DNA from: an uncultured Nitrososphaerota archaeon | GTDB taxonomy: Archaea > Thermoproteota > Nitrososphaeria > Nitrososphaerales > CADDZS01 | DNA length: 64,000 bases | Reading direction: 5' to 3' | Assembly: GCA_963799845.1 (NCBI GenBank) | Contig: CAWCYI010000006.1 | Span: forward strand, 768,001 to 832,000 | Shown here: positions 40,936 through 51,345 of the stretch, in pieces | Layout of the letters: each line of letters opens with the position of its first letter | How positions within the stretch are numbered: position 1 is the stretch's first letter | Notes under the pieces: model-generated | Told to the model about the DNA's origin: nothing | The model's database searches: none | What the model saw: the letters and a program-made list of their open reading frames with translations, nothing else | Made by a program: the position numbers and the translations under genes

Positions 40936-41271
40936 CTAATCGGTAATCGAATAACCTCTGACACGAATCAAAGCTATCAAGTCTTCTAGCCCCGTGTAGT
41001 TCCAGTTTGATAGTTTGAACCGATTTTTCAACTCCTCAATTATCGTGGTTTCGATGATTCTTGATCCATTTTTGAAAATATCTCTGATTGCGTTGCAGAA
41101 AAGATCTGGCCGCTCGATGAGATCTTCTTTCTTTAGTTTAGTTTCTAGGCTGAATTTCCAGTAGACCACTATCGCCACTGCCTGTCCAAACTTAGAAAAC
41201 GCTCTGTCGATGCAGATCAATATTTCCGAATTCAAGTCTAGAATTTCAGCTTGTTCAGCCACGGATTTCAC
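40936..41271 (-). CDS. DUF3227-like small helical protein
   Basis: ID.AF..FG.....V.Y, P..F..A...IF..G...IE..I..EL. Confidence 0.6.
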   Translation of the reverse strand: MKSVAEQAEILDLNSEILICIDRAFSKFGQAVAIVVYWKFSLETKLKKEDLIERPDLFCNAIRDIFKNGSRIIETTIIEELKNRFKLSNWNYTGLEDLIALIRVRGYSITD

Positions 41272-41381
41272 CTAAAGTCATTGAGCCATTCAGTCAGAAA
41301 CATTAACCGGAATATATCCAAATTGGATGTTTTCCATACATATCGAAGTACGATACAAATACTCAAAATTAACTGATTCGA

Positions 41382-41564
41382 TTATTCGCGAGAATCTGAA
41401 AGGTAAACCGTGTAACTCTCGTTACAATTAGAGCATTTGATCGTTTTTTCCTCGAAGTCGTCGGAACCAGGTTTCTTCAAAGTCGTCTTGAGGGAACCCG
41501 ACGATGGCATGCTGACTTCATTGGGAACCATACATTCGGGACATGAAACTAGGAGATCTTCCAT
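41382..41564 (-). CDS. 60-aa zinc-ribbon protein
   Basis: CPEC...CSNC; TATA-like element upstream. Confidence 0.7.
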   Translation of the reverse strand: MEDLLVSCPECMVPNEVSMPSSGSLKTTLKKPGSDDFEEKTIKCSNCNESYTVYLSDSRE

Positions 41565-41710
41565 GAATCCGCCCTGGGTTATACAGCGTAATTAAACGCT
41601 TGGCCCTCCCGGTTGATCAAATTCCTTGTTTCGATTCTAACTTTGAAACTATATCGGGAATTCACAACCCTTTTTCTAGGAACTCTCATGATTGAACCAG
41701 CGACGATTTT

Positions 41711-44700
41711 TTGTTGTTTCCTAGCCGCGACAGTCGAAATTCGAACATGCTTGTCGGAATTTCGCTTGCGTTCTTGTTCTTGTTAGTCAGTTTGCCGTTT
41801 CAAAACGCGGCAATTAACACGCGTAGCCAAGGCTCCTCGATCAGTAATTCTAAGGGAGTACAGGCGCAAAGAGGAGCAATTTTCGCCGCCCCCAAGAATT
41901 TCCGCGCGACGGAGGAAGCGTCGAGCTCGGCGTCTCAGCTTTCAAGTGTGCCCCCGGTTTCTTGGGATGAACAGCTGGCAATGACAATCTCGCAAGATTC
42001 ACCTTCGCTCTCATACAATGTAACCGCGGTGCAACAGTCAGATGTCGACGGTTATGGACCGGCGTACCTTCTGAGCGGTCTCACAGACCAAGGATATTGG
42101 TATCAGGTGGGGATAGCGTGGAACTGGCCGATAAATGGAGGAGGCTATTTGCCAGGATTCCAATTTCTTTACGAAGCATGGAACCCCTCTGGATCTTCTG
42201 TTTATCCAGCTGACGGCGGAGGGGGGTTGCAAAATTACTCTGCTAAAATCAATGCGGGCGACATCGTCCTGCTGAATCTGTATTTTTCAAACAATCAAGT
42301 TATGATGTACTCTAAGGATTGGAATACTAGCGCGATAGCTTCCGCCAACTATACTGCAGCGGGCGGCGCGGTCTTTGTGGGTCTTCCGGAGCAGTGTAAT
42401 TCGAACTGCTATTTTTCAGGGCTTATGACCGAACAGTATCATGCTTCTGAATATCTTGGCACGGAAGCTAAGGTGACCTACAGCGATCCCTACCTTGGAC
42501 TGGATGCTGCGACGATGTGGATCGATGAATACAATGTAAACACAAATCAAACTTTGTTCAGTCTTTCATCTGCAGATATTTCTTACACCGATCCCAATCA
42601 ATTACAGTACTTCTCACTGAACGGAACTTCGGAAGCTTCAAACGCCTACGAATTCACCACTGGGTCAAGCAGTCTAATTGGAATAACCCTCAGCTATTCA
42701 ATAGTTGGTGGAGGTTCGGGATACCAAGCTCCAATACTCGACTATACTTCAAACGGGACTCCCCTAAATGCAACACTGACAACTTCACCGACAGAATATT
42801 TCATGGACCAAGGGACTAGTTGGAATGCCACGAGCCTGCTGATCGGGTCCTCGTCGAACCAAAGATGGATAACAAATCAGCCCGCTGGCAATGTTTCGGT
42901 TACCCAGACGTTAGTTCTGGCATACACGCATGAATACGTGTTATTTTTCGGATCTAGCCAAAATGGAACTGGAACCGTTCAACCATCGGGATCAGGATGG
43001 TACGAGGCGGGAATTGCTCTGAGCATTTCTGCTATGCCACAGAGCCCATATCTTTTCTCAAACTGGTCGTCAAACTCCAGTAAAATCGTATTTGCAAATG
43101 CTGAATCGGCCAATACAACCACGACCATCAGTGGCCCGGGAAGCATAACCGCCAAGTTCACTCTGTTAACTATTTCACTTTCTTCGAATTCGGGATCTTT
43201 GACGGAAGGATCGAGCGTATCCACTAACGCAAAAATTATCGGGATCAACATCTCCGTCACCCTTTCCGTTTCAGGACTTCCCAGCGAGGCCACAGTTACT
43301 TGGAGCAAGAATCCTATCACGGACGATCTTGCGGGAGTGACTGACATGCTGAACATCTCAACCTCATTCTCAAGTCCACCCGGAATTTACAACGTAACCG
43401 TGACCGCTTCCTCAACTAACGGGAGCGATTCGACCCAGTTCACGCTCAAGATCAATGCGGCCGATGCTCTGACGGTCAGCTTTTCCACCAGCGACAATAG
43501 TTCTCCCAACCCCCCGACCATAAGCTACGTATACGATGGTACCGACTACCAGCTCTCGCTGACAAATTCTTCCCAGGTGATCTACGTTGACAACAGTTCT
43601 AGCTGGGAGGTAACGTCCGTTTTGAGTAACTCGTCTTCCACACAAAGGTGGATATTGAACGGAACTAATCAACGCATTTCAAACGCCCCGTCCACTATCA
43701 ATCTCGTCTACTATCATCAGTACTCGGTTGGTTTCACATTTCGTACCTTCGACAACAGTAGCTCTTCAGAATTTCCAACCGTGTCCATTGTCTCATCGGG
43801 AGTAATTTCAAGCGTATACGCAAACGGCACCGGGATATGGGCCGATTCCGGAACGGAATACAGCTTTGCTTCCTCGATTACGAAGTCCCCTACGGAGAGG
43901 TGGGAGCTGGCAGGAAACCAGACCGGCACCGTCACCCAAGAGGCGATGGTTAGCGCAATATATTATCATCAATATTTTGTCAATTCCTCGTTTGGACTGT
44001 TGGAACGAGCTATCGTCCCGACTGCGCCCATGCTGAGTTTTGTAAGTAACGGAACAACAAATTCTATCAGATTGGGACAGAATTTGAACGCGTATTGGAT
44101 TGATTCAGGCTCAACGTGGTCGGCCTCTGCGAATCTTAGTGGAACTTCAGTTGAAAGATTTTTGGGATCAAATACGTCCGGGATCACGAATTCCCAGAGC
44201 ACGATTCATCCTGAATACACGCCGCAGTTTTACGTCGTAATCAGGCAGAACTCCCCAATTGCAGGCTCGACCTCTCTGCAGCAGGGCTGGTATACTTCCA
44301 ACTCCTCTCTTTCAGTTTCGGCAAAGGCTAACCAGGGATGGAAGTTCGCAATGTGGAATGGCGCTGGAAGTCAAACCAATTCGAGTTCTACAACTGTTCT
44401 TGTTACCGAACCCATGAATATCACCGCTGAATTTTATGCTGGGTTGTCTCTGAGCGCTGGAGCTAACGGACATGTGACTTACACTTATGGATCGAACTCT
44501 GGTACAATATCGGCGGGATCAGCAGAAATACTCTATGTAGCCCCGGGAACTAATATCTCTCTGAGCGCTTCATCCGATTCGCCATTTTACTCGGAGGGTT
44601 CATGGAACACTGGTAACGACACGGCGGGATCATCCTCTCCGTTCGTTTTGACGGTGTCTTCTCCGATGACTATAGGAGCATCCTTTGGTCTGAACGTGAC

Positions 44701-44821
44701 GATGATTGCCCTAATCGGAGCAGTCGTCGCAGGAATTGTTGTGGCGGTGGCATTTGTTGCGGTAAGAAGAAGCGGTGGAAAGCAGTTCGGCGATAGTTCG
44801 AGCCACACATGGAAATGGTAA
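41711..44821 (+). CDS. Large membrane-anchored surface glycoprotein (paralog 1)
   Basis: Signal peptide, beta-rich N-domain, repeated ERW..Y.HQY modules, many NxS/T sequons, C-terminal TM plus RR. Confidence 0.85.
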   Translation: MLFPSRDSRNSNMLVGISLAFLFLLVSLPFQNAAINTRSQGSSISNSKGVQAQRGAIFAAPKNFRATEEASSSASQLSSVPPVSWDEQLAMTISQDSPSLSYNVTAVQQSDVDGYGPAYLLSGLTDQGYWYQVGIAWNWPINGGGYLPGFQFLYEAWNPSGSSVYPADGGGGLQNYSAKINAGDIVLLNLYFSNNQVMMYSKDWNTSAIASANYTAAGGAVFVGLPEQCNSNCYFSGLMTEQYHASEYLGTEAKVTYSDPYLGLDAATMWIDEYNVNTNQTLFSLSSADISYTDPNQLQYFSLNGTSEASNAYEFTTGSSSLIGITLSYSIVGGGSGYQAPILDYTSNGTPLNATLTTSPTEYFMDQGTSWNATSLLIGSSSNQRWITNQPAGNVSVTQTLVLAYTHEYVLFFGSSQNGTGTVQPSGSGWYEAGIALSISAMPQSPYLFSNWSSNSSKIVFANAESANTTTTISGPGSITAKFTLLTISLSSNSGSLTEGSSVSTNAKIIGINISVTLSVSGLPSEATVTWSKNPITDDLAGVTDMLNISTSFSSPPGIYNVTVTASSTNGSDSTQFTLKINAADALTVSFSTSDNSSPNPPTISYVYDGTDYQLSLTNSSQVIYVDNSSSWEVTSVLSNSSSTQRWILNGTNQRISNAPSTINLVYYHQYSVGFTFRTFDNSSSSEFPTVSIVSSGVISSVYANGTGIWADSGTEYSFASSITKSPTERWELAGNQTGTVTQEAMVSAIYYHQYFVNSSFGLLERAIVPTAPMLSFVSNGTTNSIRLGQNLNAYWIDSGSTWSASANLSGTSVERFLGSNTSGITNSQSTIHPEYTPQFYVVIRQNSPIAGSTSLQQGWYTSNSSLSVSAKANQGWKFAMWNGAGSQTNSSSTTVLVTEPMNITAEFYAGLSLSAGANGHVTYTYGSNSGTISAGSAEILYVAPGTNISLSASSDSPFYSEGSWNTGNDTAGSSSPFVLTVSSPMTIGASFGLNVTMIALIGAVVAGIVVAVAFVAVRRSGGKQFGDSSSHTWKW

Positions 44822-44960
44822 GTGGATTTGACTCTGTAGCCAAAACCATTTCTAGAATTCTTCAGAGTTGTACTCAAAAAAAGTGCACTTATCCTGCTCA
44901 GTGAACGTTTGCCGCAACCAAAGTCTTAAGGCGAGCAGCTGAGATCTCCCTGAGCGCATA

Positions 44961-46314
44961 ATGAAAATCTGCATCAATAGTCAAACTCCTTTCATAAAAT
45001 TCAAGCTTAGCTACAGGGAGCTGCTCGAAAAATACGGTTGGCTTTCCGATCCCCTGGATATTTCCGAACTCGCCGAGGGGGAAGATTATGATTTTTCTCC
45101 CGGAGGGGTTACCGCCATGGTATATCCTCTGCTAAAGAGAATGCTGAAACTTGGGTACCTATCTGGGGCGACGTGGGTAAGTCTAGGGGTCGAATACCCG
45201 CCCCGGTTGAAAGTGGGTAACATTTTTGTTTCCCATATCGAGATTCCAGAGCAGGTCCTTAGAGAGTACACAATATTCAAAGAGGAACTATGGGCGCAGA
45301 TACACGGGCTTTCAAGCTCTGACATTTTTGAGAAAGGATACGATGCATACGCGTGGTTCAATTGGGTCAACTCGGAGGCCATGTTGCAGCATTGGAGAGA
45401 GACCGACATTTTCTATATCCAAGATTTTCAGCTCCTGATGACCGGAGGACTAATCGGACCTCCGGCCCCTGCCGTCTTTAGGTGGCACGTGCCTTTTGCA
45501 CCGGAGCGGTTGCCCTATCTAACACACAGGGCAGTTTTGAAATGGGTGGAAGCCTTCGACGCCATAGTGGTCAGCACTCGTCGAGATCTGGAAGGACTCA
45601 TCAAATCATCCTATCGGGGTCGGGCCCACCAGGTCTATCCATTCCTTGATCCTGAAAGTTGGGAGACACCAGCATCGACGAGTGCGATAAATAGAGCTGC
45701 GGAGAGAATCGGTTTGAAACCTGACGAAAAGCTCCTTCTCATGGTTGCAAGGATGGATCGAATAAAGTCCCACGATGTTGCAATCAGGGCGATGTCTCAC
45801 CTGAAGAATAAAGGGAAATTTCGCTTGGCTTTGATAGGGAATGGAAGTTTCTCTTCCTCAAAAAAAGGCGGCCTGGGTCATGGCAAAGGTGGTATGTGGA
45901 GAGCAGAACTCGAGAAGCTCGTCGGAGATTTGCAATTGCAGGATTCCGTGACTTTTCTCGGTCACGTGCCGTCAGAGGAGCTGAAAGCCTTCTATTCTTT
46001 ATCGTCGTCCGTCCTACTGACCTCAATTTCAGAGGGATTTGGAATAAGCGTCCTGGAGGGCTGGATCAACAAAAAGCCCGTCGTAGTCAGCACCGGTGCA
46101 GGTTCGTCTGAGCTTGTGGTAGATGGTTCAAATGGATATACGTTTCCTGCGGGTGACGATTTCAAAGCCGCCGAATGTATCCTAAAGTCTGTTGGAAGTG
46201 GAACTGATAAGCTGAGGAGAAAATGGGTTTGAAACATCGAAGCAGTGTCACATCAGCGTCGCGGCTGAAAGGGAGAAGGCGATTTTCGAAGAAGCGATGT
46301 CGATTTATGCCTGA
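44961..46314 (+). CDS. GT4 family glycosyltransferase (frameshift at about 46214)
   Basis: WH.P, VARMD..K, EGFG..VLE; corrected tail LGENGFE ends at TGA 46314. Confidence 0.88.
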
Positions 46315-46318
46315 AATT

Positions 46319-46858
46319 TCATGAAGACGACCATATCCTAACTTGCCCGTCCTCATTTTTGACCTTTTTCACGTCGGTCTGAGTGGGTGGAATGGAAGGA
46401 TCGGGCCCGTTAAGTTCCGCCTCCAGCTTGTTGATTTTTTCTTGCAGTGCTGAGCGGCTAGTCATCAGGTCTTCGGAAAGTTTCGAAGATGGCACCACTT
46501 TGCTGAGGTCCTGATTCAAGACCATCAGGTCGTACTTCAGGTCATTCAAACGTCTCTGTTTCGATTTTTGGCTCTCCACTTTCTCAACATTTTCTGTAGA
46601 TATTTGCAGACCACCAGGGTGGGAAGGCCGATGACCTTGGATAATAGTTTCTAGGATTCGTGGTATGGATTGCCCTGATCTAAAAATTTCCAATGCGGTA
46701 GTAGATCGAACGAGCCTTGTCTTTCTTTGGATTGTGATCGACTTCTGTAGCCACATTACTTGAAGCACTTGTGGTACGTGAATCACAAACTCGTCAACCA
46801 AACCTTTCTTCAAGCCTAGTCCCCGACTGGATGGCCGGGCGAGCGATCCAAGCTTCAA
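46319..46858 (-). CDS. Hypothetical protein with coiled coil (start uncertain)
   Basis: ORF fills the gap; heptad pattern near C-terminus. Confidence 0.5.
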   Translation of the reverse strand: MKLGSLARPSSRGLGLKKGLVDEFVIHVPQVLQVMWLQKSITIQRKTRLVRSTTALEIFRSGQSIPRILETIIQGHRPSHPGGLQISTENVEKVESQKSKQRRLNDLKYDLMVLNQDLSKVVPSSKLSEDLMTSRSALQEKINKLEAELNGPDPSIPPTQTDVKKVKNEDGQVRIWSSS

Positions 46859-47016
46859 CCGTGCCTTGGGCCAGCTTATACAACGAGCGATTCTCCTTCT
46901 TTACGCCAAAACTTTACTCAGAGTTCATAATTTTCTTTATGAAATACTGACCGAAAAAATAGGGAATTGCGATTTTCGAGCGAGCTTACGCTCTACTCTA
47001 CGGTGGCGAATGAATA

Positions 47017-47832
47017 ATGAACCTCTTTTGGAGGCCCAAGGAGCAGATATTCTACCGTAGTTGGATCGGCGACGCCGGTCACAGTGTCGCAGTTGATGCT
47101 CAGATAGAAGGGACGGGATACTCAGCTGCCTTCAAAGTTTTCGGGAATTTTTGCGAGCTTTGGCTATTTCCGGTCAGCGTGAAAGTTCGGCGCAAGGGCG
47201 ATACTTTCTCAGACAGTGTGACACGGCGCGCCCTAATTCTAAATCTCCCGAAAAGAGACGTGGACATTTCAAAGCAAATTCGTCACGAGCTCTTGCAGGC
47301 AGGTGAAATCCATGAAGATCGAGTCGATTTCAAATGGGTGAGATATTCCGTGAAGGTAAAAAGGATCAGCGCGGACGACGAACTCAGAATCCTTCAGTGG
47401 CAAAAGTCATCGTCCCTCGTTCCGGAGAGACAAATAGTGCGAAGAAGGGGAACTGCTATCGTAGATTCTTCGCTCGGCATACTTCTTGTTTCGAGCAAAG
47501 GTCATCTGTACCTGCTGCCTGGAGGTGGTGCCAAGAAAGATGAAAGCAGGATGGACGCGGCGCTCCGCGGGTTGAAAGATGAGACCGGACTCACGGCGAA
47601 GAGCTGTCGGTATCTATTTTCATTCGATGATCCCGAAGACAAGAAACTCAGGAATCTACACAAAGTCTTTTTGGTCGAGACCGATGGAACCCCTAAAAAC
47701 AATCTGCAGGAGTCGAGACGCTCAGAGTTCTGGCACGAGGGTTCGAAGTTGAACATAAGCAACTCGACAAGTTTGATCATTGAAAGGTATATGCGGGAAT
47801 TCAAGCCCTCCTATGCAGAAAATAGATCCTGA
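47017..47832 (+). CDS. NUDIX-domain protein with N-terminal extension; degenerate Nudix box
   Basis: LPGGGAKKDESRMDAALRGLKDETGL. Confidence 0.8.
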   Translation: MNLFWRPKEQIFYRSWIGDAGHSVAVDAQIEGTGYSAAFKVFGNFCELWLFPVSVKVRRKGDTFSDSVTRRALILNLPKRDVDISKQIRHELLQAGEIHEDRVDFKWVRYSVKVKRISADDELRILQWQKSSSLVPERQIVRRRGTAIVDSSLGILLVSSKGHLYLLPGGGAKKDESRMDAALRGLKDETGLTAKSCRYLFSFDDPEDKKLRNLHKVFLVETDGTPKNNLQESRRSEFWHEGSKLNISNSTSLIIERYMREFKPSYAENRS

Positions 47833-48075
47833 AATCATGGACAGAATGCTGGGTCGCTTTGAGAGGGCTAGGAGGTTAAAATGCTAGTTTCGTATTTTAG
47901 GGCATCCAGAATTTTGAAATGTCTGTTTCTGGATATTGTTTGTCTTTTTCAGATGTAATTGACAAAGTTATAGATCCCCAATCCATGAGGGATTTGGAGA
48001 CCTTAGTCCAAATTCACAAACTATTTTGTAACTTTCGCAGACTCTTGATTGGGTAGCGATTTCTGAACTTAATAG

Positions 48076-51000
48076 GTGCCTTCACAGGAGCTGATTTTCT
48101 TCCACTCATTTAGTTTATCGAGGAGATTCATTATGGTATTCGCAGTAGGTTTAATTCTTGCGACAAGCACGATGGGCACATTTGCGTCTCGTTCGAGCGA
48201 GTGCCCGGCGAATCATTGTGGTATAGTGAATCATCCGACCGAAATTTCTGGTGATTCGAAAAGTACCGAGACTTACTCCGGACCTTCATTTTCTCCCAAT
48301 AATTACAGCAATCAATCCTTTCATGCGCACGCATCGATAATGCCTTCCAACCTCAGATCGAATCCCGGAAACCTTGCACCTCCACCACCCGCCGTAATCG
48401 ACGAACAGATGGGAATTACTTTCGGACAGAATTTCGCCGCTCTTTCTTACAACGTGACAGCGGTTCAGCAAAATGATAGCGATGGTTATGGCCCCGCATA
48501 CCTCCTGAACGGGCTTTCCAATCAGGGATACTGGTACCAGGTTGGAATTTCATGGGATTGGCCTTTTCCAAGTGGTGGCTACACGAGCGGATTTTATTTC
48601 AACTATGAGGTTTTCAACTCAACAGGGCAGTCGGTATTTCCAGCGGGTGGAAGTGGCGGGGTAACTGCTTTTACAGGACTGGTGAATCAGGGCGACATTG
48701 TACTGCTAAACTTGTACATCTCTGGAGGTGTCGTTTTCATGTCGGCTCGAGATTTGAACACCAGTGTTGGTGCAACGCAAGACTACACTGCCGAGGGTGC
48801 TTCGACATTCATCGGCATGTCCTCTCCTGAAAACAGCTTCGGCTTTTTCACAGGTCTAATGACGGAGCAGTACCACGCATCGCCTTACTACGGCCCCTTC
48901 TCAGAAGTTACCTACAGCGATTTCTCCACTGCTATTGTATCCGCGACAATGTGGATCGACGAGTGGGATCCGAGCTCAAACCAGACAGTGTTTTCCGGGG
49001 CTTCTTCGCAGCTACAGGTACACAAATCCGAATTTGTTCCAGTTTTATTCCTTGCACGACGCTGTAGAAGGCTCGAACGCATTTGAGTTCATCACTGGAG
49101 CGACAGGTCTGATACCAATCACATTGAGCTATAGCGTAGAATCCGGAGGAACAGGATACTACCCGCCGCTACTGACGTATTATTCAAACCAGGTGAAACA
49201 CATTGTCACGCTGAATACGCAGCCGACGACATATTACATGGACAACGGTTCGCAGTGGTCGTCCGCCAATGAACTTGCAGGGTCTACCATGACGGAGAGA
49301 TGGATCGCGACCCAAGCGACTAACGGAATCGCAAATTACAGTCAGACGATCAATTTAGGTTACATCAATCAGTACAACGTGACGATCGGAGATTCTCCTG
49401 CAAACGGCGGAACAGTAAACCCGTCCGGAGCAAATTGGTTCAACGCGTATTCCAAAGTCCAGCTCTCAGCTTCCTCCTCCAATCCTTTCGTCTTTGCGGA
49501 ATGGAGTTCGTCCACACCAAACATCACATTCGACGACAGTAAAGCTATCTCAACTCAGGCGAGTATTTCCGGGCCTGGTAATATAGAGGCAGATTTTAAC
49601 AAGGTGGCGATTTATCTTTCTGCCGAATCAGGGAGCGTTACGCAAGGAGCATCGACTTCCTTCGTTGCCACGGTAGTGGGAATCAGTGGATCGGCTTACA
49701 TTACGATTTCTGGTCTGCCGGAGGGAGCACGATCAAGCTTCGGAGCTAATCCGGTTCCCCTGGAGTTTATGGGCACGCCAGACAACGTGAGTCTATCATT
49801 TTCGATGTCAACTCCTCCAGGCTTCTACAATATCACCCTGACCGCGAATGCGAGCGACGCAATCGACACTGCGAATTACGAGTTGCACGTCCAGAAGGCG
49901 GTTGTTCTCACAGTAGAATTTTCTACGAGCGACGGCACTTACGGTTCCTCCCCTTCATTTAACTATACTTACAATGGCGCAGACGAATCAATATCCCTCA
50001 CACAAACACCCCAAATGGTTTACGCCGATAATGGTTCGAAATGGAGCGTTGAAAACGAATTCAATGAATCCAATCCCGGAGAGAGATGGATAACAAATCA
50101 GACTACCGACGGGATCGTCAATAATTCGCAGACAATCGATTTTAGCTTCTACCACCAATATCAAGTTACATTTGGTTATAGCGTGGTTGGCGATACTACT
50201 CCTGATACCGCACCTGTAGTGAACTACTCTTCGTTTGGCACCACCGCGAACATTGGATTGAATAGTACCGGCTCAACCTTATGGGTAGATTCTCTTTCAA
50301 CTTACTCTTATACACCATCAATTTTTAGCAATGAATCACTTCTCGCGCGGTGGGCTGCTGGCTCAAACCAGACCGGCGAGATCACGAATTCTACTTCCGT
50401 AGTAGCTCAGTACTACTTGCAATATCTTGTCATGGCGGGATATGGAGTCCTCGGCGGAGGATCTGGATTTTCGGCACCCAACGCTACTTTCCAGAACCTC
50501 GGTTCAAACGTTAATACCACGCTGCAATCGCAGCCAAAAGCCTACTGGGTTGATACCAACTCGACATGGTCCTATCCGAAAATACTATCCGGATCAACCA
50601 CGAAAGAAAGGTGGATATCGACGAATTCTACGGTGTCAGTTAGCGTGGACTCTCCTCTTTCGATTTCTCTGAATTATCAAAATCAGTACTTTGTCTCAGT
50701 TAGCTCTATTTCTCCATCAGCCGGTCAGGTAGATCCACGGAGCGGTTGGTTTAACTCTGGTGAAACTATTGCGTTTTCAGCGTCTGCTAACTCTGGCTGG
50801 AAGTTTACCGGTTGGACAAGCAGCGGCACGGTCGCCTCCAACGGGACGGTAGTGGTCGACAGCCCAATAAATGAAACTGCGCAATTCGACGCCGGCCTGG
50901 TGCTCAGTGCTTCTCCAGGAGGTCAACTGATTTACAACGTCGGATCGGCTCAAGGGACAATAAGCGGCGGTTCATCACAAACAATGTACGTCGTCCCCGG

Positions 51001-51277
51001 CACCATGGTGTTCCTAAGCGCTTCCCCGTCCTCGACTCTGTATTCGTTCGGCAAATGGAGTATTGGAAGCGATACCGCTTCCTCAAGCGCATCCTATTCG
51101 GTCTCGGTATCAACTCCAACTAGCATAACAGCCTATTTTGGTCCCAACTACCTGATTTTTGTTTTATTGGGAATAGTAACGTTCGTAGGGGTCGCCTTCG
51201 CGATGTTTTTCATCGCCAAAAGAAGAAAACCAAAAGTAGACAGTCCAGTGGAAAGAGAAGAAACAGACGATTTCTAG
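48076..51277 (+). CDS. Large membrane-anchored surface glycoprotein (paralog 2; frameshift at about 49014)
   Basis: Colinear with 41711..44821 (SYNVTAVQQ.D.DGYGPAYLL.GL..QGYWYQVGI, GLMTEQYHAS). Confidence 0.85.
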
Positions 51278-51345
51278 TTAGACTCGGATCCACCCTTCCG
51301 GAAACTATTTCGAGACGAATTTGAAAATGAGCTGCAGACCGGTTT

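Noticed and set aside
2892-49086. Programmed frameshifting or mass pseudogenisation
   Set aside because: No slippery heptamer plus structure; single-base indels in unrelated genes with otherwise intact motifs fit sequencing error
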